NCBI GenBank assembly: GCA_963665815.1
Contig: OY762463.1
Location: forward strand, 2,336,001-2,400,000
DNA from: Candidatus Cloacimonadales bacterium
GTDB lineage: Bacteria; Cloacimonadota; Cloacimonadia; Cloacimonadales; JAIOQZ01
Direction: 5' to 3'
DNA: 64,000 bases
The position numbers and the translations under genes are program-made. The number at the start of each line of letters is the position of its first letter. The stretch's first letter is position 1. Below the pieces are notes generated by a model. That model saw nothing but the letters and a program-made list of their open reading frames with translations, was not told where the DNA came from and did not search any database. Positions 9,835 through 18,519 of the stretch are shown in pieces.

Positions 9835-10488
9835 TTAATAATTTGAAACAAGTGCACCTACTCTTCGAGCAATATATCTTGAATAAGATGTCCTGAATTC
9901 AGAAATAAATTCATCAGTAATATCTTCATCATATTGCATGAAGTAAAATCCACCAAGAAATGGAAGAACACCATATTCAAACCATCCAAGTTCAATCCAT
10001 GTCCTGTCAAACTCAGAATGAGTACACTTATATTTTGTAGGTATTGTCTTAGTAAATTTTGTTTTTTTTGTCTCAAAATCAATCAGTTTTATGTCAGTTA
10101 CTATTTCAAGAGAATAGTTATATCCATGCCAGGCAGGGGTCCAGATAATATACCCCGGAAAACTGATAAGGAAATTAGTCCAGCTTCCTGCGGGTTTCTT
10201 TGTAATTCCTATTTCCATAATATAATCTACAGGATTATTGTCGTCAGGAGCATAGGGATATTCCACTTCAATTTTACCAAGAAGAGACATTTCCAACACA
10301 ATATTATCCATTAATCTGTCGTCGATTGTACCATCGTCAATAATACCGATTTTCAGATTATTTTGCAGATAAGGCATTGAAGCCGTGTAAGCACCATGAT
10401 TCTTAACTCTTAACTGATGAGAGCAACCCGTTGCCAGTAAAACAAAAAACAATAACAATGCAATTTTTGAAGCCATTTTGAAGTTCAT
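9835..10488 (-). CDS. Hypothetical lipoprotein
   Basis: Lipobox LATGC; AGGAG RBS; 217 aa. Confidence 0.75.
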   Translation of the reverse strand: MNFKMASKIALLLFFVLLATGCSHQLRVKNHGAYTASMPYLQNNLKIGIIDDGTIDDRLMDNIVLEMSLLGKIEVEYPYAPDDNNPVDYIMEIGITKKPAGSWTNFLISFPGYIIWTPAWHGYNYSLEIVTDIKLIDFETKKTKFTKTIPTKYKCTHSEFDRTWIELGWFEYGVLPFLGGFYFMQYDEDITDEFISEFRTSYSRYIARRVGALVSNY

Positions 10489-11040
10489 TCTTTCTCCTAA
10501 AAAGTAAAATTAGTATTCACATAAACCTACCGAATATTCATATACAATACTTTAGTTAAGTATTTTGATATTCAATATCTGTATTAAACAAATGTATTTA
10601 GTGTGTTTTAAATATGTCAAGTATAAATCATAATTATTAGTATCCTGTTTTTTGTTGAAAGTCGGCCTTGAAGATACCCGGAAGGATTTTTCAGGAGATA
10701 TTCCATAGAAAATTGCTCTCCTTAAAGACTTATGAAACTCATGAATAATGTTCCATTCTGTACGGAATTCTGGTGTTATTCTGTAAACAGGAACACTATG
10801 GGACGAGATTTGATCTTTATCAAATCGGATGTGTTAATTACTAAATTTTGCATAATATCTATTCATTTTCTTTGAGCCCGAATGAAATGATAATTTTTGC
10901 CAAACAACAATAGTATTGCAAATTTTGTGAGAAATATGAAATATTTGAATCGATATTATATTGCACGGAAATAAAATTATTGACAATTATAAATGAAATA
11001 ATCTATTTCTTGTTATTCTTAACAGGCTGGAGAGTAAATA

Positions 11041-12924
11041 ATGGAATGGCTTTCAAACGATAAAGGAAATCTCGTATCTGCAATTGTATTGTGTGTGATT
11101 GCCTTGTTTTCAAGTTTTACTTTAGCAGTCTTAGTTATGGGTGATAAAACCAATGCAAATTCTTCATTTGTTCTGATGCAGGAAACTCATCTGCTTCGAT
11201 CAGGAATAGACAGAGGTCAGAATTTTCTCCGTCTGAACGACAGTTTTACCGATGTATCTTCATATGATCTGGGAGTCAGGTTGTTTGAAATTGTGAGTGG
11301 AAGATCTCTTGTTACATTTGGTGTTAAAACAAAAGTTTTCTCCGGTGTATCAGAACAGACAAATGAGATTATTGCTGCAAAGCGTGGAGTTAAAGCTCTG
11401 GTAAAAGCATTCAAGAAAAGAAAGCGATATGTTGCATTTTCAAGTCATGACGATAACACTGTTCTCAAATTTCGAAAATATGGTGAAAGGAATGTTAGAA
11501 AACAGACTTTTGCCGGATTTATGTATTTTACAAATACTGATACTTCTGTTAACGATGGTCCGGTGTATTTTGGCGGTCGGGATGAATTATGGGGACGCAT
11601 ACACAGTAATACAGATATTTTGATACTTCGTGGAAGTTATCCGGTTTTCCATGACTTTGTTACTTCCTCAGGAGGAATTCTGACCCAGAATGGACAGTCA
11701 GCACCTTTAAGTAATAGATCAGTGTTTAAAAAAGGAGCAGAAGAATATGTACCGGAAATTGAATATTTCCCTTTCGCAACAACTATCAGACAGTATGGAA
11801 ACCATATTACCGGACAGGATTTACTATATGCACGAGTTGAAGGCGTTAACCATCAAATATATTCTGCAACAATAAATGACTTACCTGCTGATACTCTGAT
11901 TGTATACGATTCTTACCCTCCTTACGGACTTGTTGGTGATTCACTTTTCAGTAATATCATAGTGTTCCGTGATACCTCATGGTCTAATCCAATTTCAGGA
12001 ACTTTGAATGATGGTGCAATATTTGCTCATTCTGATTTATGGATAAAAGGCTGTTTCGGAGGCAAACAAACCTGGGGCTGCGAAGGAGATATGTATCTGC
12101 TTGGTGATATAACTCTGGCTAACACTCCTGTTGGTGAAGCTCCAGATGGATATAACGAAACTCTGGATGATTATTCCGGTCCCATAAACAGAACAGATAT
12201 TGTTGGTCTTGTTTCTGAAAGACGAATTTTTATGAAATATGCTTACAATAGCCCTGAGACAGGAGGCATATATTGGGAAAACTGCGGTAATAGCAGCAAT
12301 GGAGATGATGGAATATTTATATATGCAGCAATGGCAGCAATGGGACAGGGAGATGGCTGGTTAGACGGACATTTTTCCTATGAGTATCAATATCCTCATC
12401 CGTCAACTCCTCATGCGTATGACTGGCGGAACACAGATGAAGATTTCATGTATCCTGATTTGCACCTGGGGAAGTATCCTCCGGTCAACAGTCTTCATTA
12501 CTGGCCCTGGCCGGCAAATACAAATACAGGATTTACTTATCCGCAATCATGGCAGGGAATGTCATGGCGTAGTGCTGGAGCTCCCGATTATCCGTGGTAT
12601 AATCCCGTTTTTCCATCAACAGTGATGTACTTTGAGCGTGGCAATGTTAATATTTTTGGATCTATAGCACAATCAAGAAGAGGTTATATTCACAGGTCCG
12701 GTATGGATTTTAATGACTCCGGCTACTGGGACCTTGATGATCCAGCTCATCCAATGATGGGACCGGGAGTTCTCTCCAACGGATATTGGAAAAACTACCA
12801 CTTTGACAGAAGATTCAATACTGTACCTCCACCATATTATCCGGAGGTTAACACAAGGGGAGGCAGCAGCAGCCTTAATGGATTGATACTTTTCAAAGAA
12901 CCTCCCACAAATGATATTTTCTGA
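11041..12924 (+). CDS. PilX/ComZ-like (DUF4900-type) large minor pilin, paralogue 1
   Basis: Class III signal DKG|NLVSAIVL without Glu5; FMYFTN..GRIHSN, VGLVSE, GSIAQSRRG, GYWKNYHFDRR..PPPYYP motifs. Confidence 0.7.
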   Translation: MEWLSNDKGNLVSAIVLCVIALFSSFTLAVLVMGDKTNANSSFVLMQETHLLRSGIDRGQNFLRLNDSFTDVSSYDLGVRLFEIVSGRSLVTFGVKTKVFSGVSEQTNEIIAAKRGVKALVKAFKKRKRYVAFSSHDDNTVLKFRKYGERNVRKQTFAGFMYFTNTDTSVNDGPVYFGGRDELWGRIHSNTDILILRGSYPVFHDFVTSSGGILTQNGQSAPLSNRSVFKKGAEEYVPEIEYFPFATTIRQYGNHITGQDLLYARVEGVNHQIYSATINDLPADTLIVYDSYPPYGLVGDSLFSNIIVFRDTSWSNPISGTLNDGAIFAHSDLWIKGCFGGKQTWGCEGDMYLLGDITLANTPVGEAPDGYNETLDDYSGPINRTDIVGLVSERRIFMKYAYNSPETGGIYWENCGNSSNGDDGIFIYAAMAAMGQGDGWLDGHFSYEYQYPHPSTPHAYDWRNTDEDFMYPDLHLGKYPPVNSLHYWPWPANTNTGFTYPQSWQGMSWRSAGAPDYPWYNPVFPSTVMYFERGNVNIFGSIAQSRRGYIHRSGMDFNDSGYWDLDDPAHPMMGPGVLSNGYWKNYHFDRRFNTVPPPYYPEVNTRGGSSSLNGLILFKEPPTNDIF

Positions 12925-13121
12925 AATAAACTATTTTACTATTTTTTCAGTTTTGAAAAATGTTAAAATATAATATAACTTACTAATTTACAACGAACTA
13001 AACCCAATTCATTACAAATGTGCTTTTCATATATTATCATAATTGTAAAATACAATATTACGAGAAAAATTTCATATTTGTAACAGCTTGTTAACACACT
13101 CCTTAGACATTTACTCCTGTT

Positions 13122-13137
13122 TGGCATACACATTGTT
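13122..13137 (+). promoter_or_regulatory. Possible sigma54 -24/-12 promoter
   Basis: TGGCAT-ACACA-TTGTT versus consensus TGGCAC-N5-TTGCW, about 70 bp before the start codon. Confidence 0.45.
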
Positions 13138-13206
13138 ATATAATCAGCGAATGTAACTGATGTGGAAATAATGTAGTTTCAAAAATTGATTAAAGAGGAG
13201 AGTCCT

Positions 13207-15090
13207 ATGAAAATTAAACTCAATGAGAATGGGAATTTGGCATCAGCTATTGTGCTGAGTATCATTGCTGTTTTATCAGGTCTGGTTCTTACTGTACTGG
13301 TAATGGGAGATGCCACTCATGCTGAAGCTTCTTTTATCAAAATGCAGGAAACTCATTTTTTGCGAACCGGTATTGATCGTGGTCAGAATTTTATGGCAAA
13401 TGGAGATAACGTGATGGATTTATCCACCGCTGATCTTGGAGTTAGACTTTATGAAATTGAAAGTGGTAATTCAGTGATTACATATGGTGCCAGAACCAAA
13501 ATATCAACAGGTTTACCTGAACAGGAAAATCAGTTAATCATTGCTAAAAGAGGTGTAAAGGCATTAGTAAAAGCATTCAAAAGAAGAAAACGTTATGTTG
13601 TATTTTCCAGTCAGGACTACAATTATACATCACGCTTCAAAAAATATGGAGAACGTAACATAAGAAAGCAGACATTCGCCGGTTTTATGTACTTCACAGA
13701 CACAGATATCTCTGTAAATGATGATCAGGTGAGGTTCTGGGGACGTGATGAGATCTGGGGACGAGTTCACAGTAATACAGATATAATACTTTCGACAATA
13801 AGTCAGCCCTTGTTTCACGATTTTGTTTCTTCTTCCGGTGAAATTGTCATGCAGAACGGTCAACCCGCAAATCTCGAAGACACATCAATTTTCGAAGATG
13901 GTGCTGAAGAACATGTTCCCTATATAGAGTACAATCCTGTTGCCATATCTATTCGGGAAAACGGTAGACATATTGAAGGACAGGACATCTTGTATGTCAG
14001 AGTCGACGGTCCTAATCATGTAATGTGCCGAGGACTGATAAATGATTTACCGGCAGAAACACTTGATGTATATAATTCTTACCCTCCTTACGGACCTGTT
14101 GGCGACTCCCTTATGAGTAACGTAGTTGTTCTTCAGGATACTATCTGGAATGCACCTACAACGAATTCCCTCAGCGATGGAGCTGCTTTTGTTCACTCGG
14201 AACTATGGATTAAGGGAAGTTTTGGAGGTAAGCAGACCTGGGGTAGTGAAGACGATCTGTTTCTTGTAGGAGATGTAACACTTGCAAATACTCCTGTAGG
14301 TGATCCACCTGATGGATATAATGAAGATCAGGATGATTATACCGGACAGGTAAACAGAACAGACTTTGTCGGACTTGTCTCAGAAAAAAGAATATTTATC
14401 AAGTATGCATATTTTAATCCTGAAGATGAAACACTTAGCTGGGAAAACTGCGGAGATGAAACCGATATGGATTCCGGAATATATATTTATGCAGCTCTTG
14501 CTGCTCTTGGTCATGGTGATGGATGGGAAGATGGTTATTTCTCTTACGAATATCACTATCCGCATCCGTCTACCCCACATGCCGAAGATTGGCAGAATAC
14601 GGATGAAGATTTTATGTATCCTGATCTACATTTATGTAAGTATCCACCTGACAATAACTCTAACAGATGGCCATGGCCTGCAAATGGAGGCGGTGGATAT
14701 GTCTACCCTGCTACGTGGCAGGGAATGGCATTGAGAAGTGCCGGTGCACCTGATTATCCCTGGTATAACCCCGTATTCCCTTCAGACGTGATGTTTTATG
14801 AACGTGGGCAGATTCATTTGTTTGGATCCGTTTCTCAAACAAGACGTGGATTTGTACACAGATCAGGAGATGATGTAGATAATGGTTTCTGGAATCTTGA
14901 TGATCCTGCTCATCCAATGCTTGGTCCTACTACTGAATCTACAGGATATGGAAAACAATATCATTTTGATAATAGATTTAATTCAATACCACCACCTTAC
15001 TATCCGGAAGTTAACCTGACAAGTGGTGGAGGCAGTAACTTGAATGGTGTGATTATCTTTAAGAAACCACCTGCAAATGATGTATTTTAA
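13207..15090 (+). CDS. PilX/ComZ-like large minor pilin, paralogue 2
   Basis: ENG|NLASAIVL signal; aligns end to end with paralogue 1. ATG 13207 follows GAGGAG. Confidence 0.7.
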   Translation: MKIKLNENGNLASAIVLSIIAVLSGLVLTVLVMGDATHAEASFIKMQETHFLRTGIDRGQNFMANGDNVMDLSTADLGVRLYEIESGNSVITYGARTKISTGLPEQENQLIIAKRGVKALVKAFKRRKRYVVFSSQDYNYTSRFKKYGERNIRKQTFAGFMYFTDTDISVNDDQVRFWGRDEIWGRVHSNTDIILSTISQPLFHDFVSSSGEIVMQNGQPANLEDTSIFEDGAEEHVPYIEYNPVAISIRENGRHIEGQDILYVRVDGPNHVMCRGLINDLPAETLDVYNSYPPYGPVGDSLMSNVVVLQDTIWNAPTTNSLSDGAAFVHSELWIKGSFGGKQTWGSEDDLFLVGDVTLANTPVGDPPDGYNEDQDDYTGQVNRTDFVGLVSEKRIFIKYAYFNPEDETLSWENCGDETDMDSGIYIYAALAALGHGDGWEDGYFSYEYHYPHPSTPHAEDWQNTDEDFMYPDLHLCKYPPDNNSNRWPWPANGGGGYVYPATWQGMALRSAGAPDYPWYNPVFPSDVMFYERGQIHLFGSVSQTRRGFVHRSGDDVDNGFWNLDDPAHPMLGPTTESTGYGKQYHFDNRFNSIPPPYYPEVNLTSGGGSNLNGVIIFKKPPANDVF

Positions 15091-15099
15091 GGAGTTGAG

Positions 15100-15600
15100 A
15101 TGAAAAATATAATGAATAACAAAGGTGTAACTCTTGTAGAAGTAATTGTGATGGCAATAATAGTATCAGTTGCAATGTTAGGGCTTCATATCAGTCTTCT
15201 TTACGCCGAGACTCAGATGGTAAGAAACTACCATGAAAGAAAAGCTTATCTTCTGGCATCAGGTCAGCTTGAGCTTTGCCAGCAGAAAATGAATAACCAG
15301 AATGTTGATCAAAATGTCCGATCTATTTATCTTATGGCTTCAGGTCTTGGATATCAAAACTGGGATGATGATGATATTTACATTGTTGATAACGGAGAAC
15401 AACAGATAATTCCTACTGTAAAAACTTCATATAAAACTGGTATTGACCAATGTAATGGTACGGCTCTTCAGTTTGTACAGGTTACAGCAACCGTGAAATG
15501 GACTGATCCTACCTATAAATACGGTGCGGCTGAACGAACTAAAACAATAAAAATGCAGGAAGATTTCTACAGCTTCTATAAGAATACAGGAGGGGAATAA
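15100..15600 (+). CDS. Type IV minor pilin, PilV-like
   Basis: Prepilin motif NKG|VTLVEVIV with Glu5, followed by a hydrophobic helix. Confidence 0.8.
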   Translation: MKNIMNNKGVTLVEVIVMAIIVSVAMLGLHISLLYAETQMVRNYHERKAYLLASGQLELCQQKMNNQNVDQNVRSIYLMASGLGYQNWDDDDIYIVDNGEQQIIPTVKTSYKTGIDQCNGTALQFVQVTATVKWTDPTYKYGAAERTKTIKMQEDFYSFYKNTGGE

Positions 15601-16289
15601 TGTTTTTAAGGAATAAATCAGGATTCACATTTACTGATCTTCTTGTAAGTGCATCATTAGTTGGCTTGATAACTGTAATTGCAACTGTTGGAATATCTGC
15701 ATTTATCAATGAGTTTAACGAACTTCGTGCTTTTTCCTTACTTCAGGAGCAGGCAATGCAGCTTATGGAAACAGTTCGTTATGGAGAACTTATCAGAGAT
15801 CCGGAAACCAATTCTTCCGATAAAGCATATATGGGCTTTAACGGAGCATACAAAGTCAGATTGACACATGATCTGGCATCCGGAATAGGTAATTATGGTG
15901 GAGCTCGTATGTCAGTTCCAAGCCGGGACAGTCAGAGCAATGAAAACAGTTCAGAATCCGGTGAATATGTAAAATATTACTGGAATACATCCAACGGTAA
16001 AATATACTGCGATGTATCTTCAGCTATCAGAGTACCCGGTAAAACTTATCCTTACCCAATATTCCCACGTTCTTCAGCAAATGATATTGTAGTAAGAGAA
16101 TTCAAAATTTCTCGTGTAAATGCTACAGATGCCAGTGATCCTATGCAGATGGGTGTATCTGATGCAACAACATATTTCTACAGATTAGATCTGTGGGCAG
16201 AAATATACATAAACAGAGCAAACAATAATAAACGTGAAGTTAAATTCACTACATATGTAAGTCGTCCTTTGGACGCCAGTAATTTTTAA
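15600..16289 (+). CDS. Type IV minor pilin, PilW-like
   Basis: KSG|FTFTDLLV prepilin motif (Asp at position 5); TAATG coupling to the upstream pilin. Confidence 0.75.
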   Translation: MFLRNKSGFTFTDLLVSASLVGLITVIATVGISAFINEFNELRAFSLLQEQAMQLMETVRYGELIRDPETNSSDKAYMGFNGAYKVRLTHDLASGIGNYGGARMSVPSRDSQSNENSSESGEYVKYYWNTSNGKIYCDVSSAIRVPGKTYPYPIFPRSSANDIVVREFKISRVNATDASDPMQMGVSDATTYFYRLDLWAEIYINRANNNKREVKFTTYVSRPLDASNF

Positions 16290-16297
16290 TCTTTGTA

Positions 16298-16350
16298 ATA
16301 CGGAACCGCTTGTTTAAATGGGGGGAGAAATTTAGACTCTGGTTCCGTAT
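16298..16350. other. Intergenic stem-loop with 10-nt purine loop
   Basis: ATACGGAACC/GGTTCCGTAT outer stem, GTTTAAAT/ATTTAGAC inner stem, loop GGGGGGAGAA. Confidence 0.6.
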
Positions 16351-16653
16351 GCATTATCGATTAAAATTTTAATAGTACTTGTAATAATTCTGGAAAATTA
16401 TTATAAAGAATTATTTATAAAGCTTTTAGGAGGGCATCCTATGAAATACATAATGAAATTTGTATCATATTTGAAAATACGGCAGAAAGACATAATAGTG
16501 AAAGAATGTAATTTACTGAAAACTAATTAATTATGAGTTAAAAAACTATTGGTATGAAATATGTTTATAATTTAAATGAAAAATAAACTGATCGAAAATT
16601 TTGTTAAGAAACAAATATCTCTGGTCTTCTATAAAATAGCATGGGAGTGGAAA

Positions 16654-18492
16654 ATGAATAACGAAAAAGGTAATCTGGCAGCAGGAATGGTATTAACAGT
16701 GATAGCTATTCTATCAGGAATGGTGCTTTCAATCCTTGTGATGGGTGACAGAGTTTCTCTTGATAATAATGCAGAATCAATGCAGACTGCCCATTTGTTA
16801 AGAACATCTCTCGACAGAGGATCCATAATACTTAAACATATTGATGATTTTGAAGATGCTGAGGGCATTTTTGAAAGAAAAATTGTTACAAATAAATCCG
16901 AGAACAAAATTTTCACTCTGAAATCAGAAATCAGGCTGACAGGTAACGGCGAGGATACTCCTGATTTCAATATCTGCTCCTTTGTTGAGGCAAACAATGG
17001 CAGAAGAACCAGATATCAAGATATTAATCCTTCAGCAAAATATGCTGAACAAATTTATGAAGTAGAAAATCTGGCAGATTTTTTAATATTCATAGATCAA
17101 AATGTATCACCAAATGATGACCCTATTTACTTTTGGGGAAGAGACGAAATTCACTATGGACATATACATTTGAATACAAATTTATATATCAGGGATCAAA
17201 TTGCCGGATTTCCTCAATTTGGCGGACTGGTTACATGTAGTGGTGAAATATTATACGAAGACGGCAATGCTGTTCCTTTAGACGATCCGGATCTTTTCCC
17301 GGGTGGTGTGTTTGCAAACATTCCTGTTAAAGTATTACCGGAAAGAGCAGAGAAAATCAGAGATAACTCTATCTGGATAGATTGTAACCAAGAACTGACA
17401 TATATAGAGGTACGTGATCATAACTATTACACATGTACAGCTCAGATAAATGATCTCCCTCCCGAGACGTTTACGGTTTACAACTTATACCCCCCTTATG
17501 GTCCTGTTGGAGATTCCCTATTCTCGAATCAGATTGTTTTAAAAGATACAGTATGGACAATTCCATCGCTTCACACAATTAATGATGAATCAGTATTCGT
17601 GAATTCTGATTTATGGATTCGTGGTCATTTCGGAGGAAAGCAAACCTGGGGTTGTTCCGGTGATATGTACCTTGTTGGAGATATTAAACTGGAAAATACT
17701 GTTTTAGGAGAAGCTCCGGATGGATATAGACCGGATGATAATGACTTTAACGGAAATATCAACACTACTGATTATGTTGGTTTAGTCTCAGAACGAAGAA
17801 TCATAATCAAATATGTTTATTCAAATCCAATTGATACAATACTGCACTGGGATAATTGCGGAGATGAAGTCGATATGGATTCCGGAATTTATATATATGC
17901 AGCACTTGCAGCTCTTGGAACAGGTGATTGCTGGGAAGATGGTTATTTCTCGTATGAGTATCAATATCCTCATCCTTCTACTCCTCACACTTATGACTGG
18001 ATGAATACTGATGAACATTTTCTGTATCCTGACCTTCATTTAGGAAGGTACCCGGTGGAAAACAGCACTCATCAATGGCCATGGCCGGCAAATGGAGGTG
18101 GTGGATTCAATTATCCTAATACATGGCAGGGAATGCCCTGGAGAATTGCGGGAGCCCCAGATTACCCGTGGTATAATCCCGCATATCCATCACAAGTAGT
18201 AAAATATGAGAGAGGTTTCATTCATCTATTCGGTTCTCTGGCTCAGAGACGAAGAGGTTTTATACATAGATCAGGTAGTGATATTGATAACGGATATTGG
18301 GATCTTGATGATCCGGCACATCCATTTTTTGGACCATCTACTCCTTCTACAGGATATAACAAAATATATATATATGATTCAAGATTTCTGACTAATCCAC
18401 CTGTTAACTTCCCGGAAGTTAAATCAAAAGCCGGAGGAAGGATATTTAATAAACACAGAGTAAAACATAAACCGGTACCGGGAACTGTATAG
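16654..18492 (+). CDS. PilX/ComZ-like large minor pilin, paralogue 3
   Basis: EKG|NLAAGMVL signal and the same conserved core; ATG 16654 follows GGGAG (ORF track starts at 16576). Confidence 0.7.
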   Translation: MNNEKGNLAAGMVLTVIAILSGMVLSILVMGDRVSLDNNAESMQTAHLLRTSLDRGSIILKHIDDFEDAEGIFERKIVTNKSENKIFTLKSEIRLTGNGEDTPDFNICSFVEANNGRRTRYQDINPSAKYAEQIYEVENLADFLIFIDQNVSPNDDPIYFWGRDEIHYGHIHLNTNLYIRDQIAGFPQFGGLVTCSGEILYEDGNAVPLDDPDLFPGGVFANIPVKVLPERAEKIRDNSIWIDCNQELTYIEVRDHNYYTCTAQINDLPPETFTVYNLYPPYGPVGDSLFSNQIVLKDTVWTIPSLHTINDESVFVNSDLWIRGHFGGKQTWGCSGDMYLVGDIKLENTVLGEAPDGYRPDDNDFNGNINTTDYVGLVSERRIIIKYVYSNPIDTILHWDNCGDEVDMDSGIYIYAALAALGTGDCWEDGYFSYEYQYPHPSTPHTYDWMNTDEHFLYPDLHLGRYPVENSTHQWPWPANGGGGFNYPNTWQGMPWRIAGAPDYPWYNPAYPSQVVKYERGFIHLFGSLAQRRRGFIHRSGSDIDNGYWDLDDPAHPFFGPSTPSTGYNKIYIYDSRFLTNPPVNFPEVKSKAGGRIFNKHRVKHKPVPGTV

Positions 18493-18519
18493 TGTATAGA
18501 TAATTGTACAGGAGGACTT

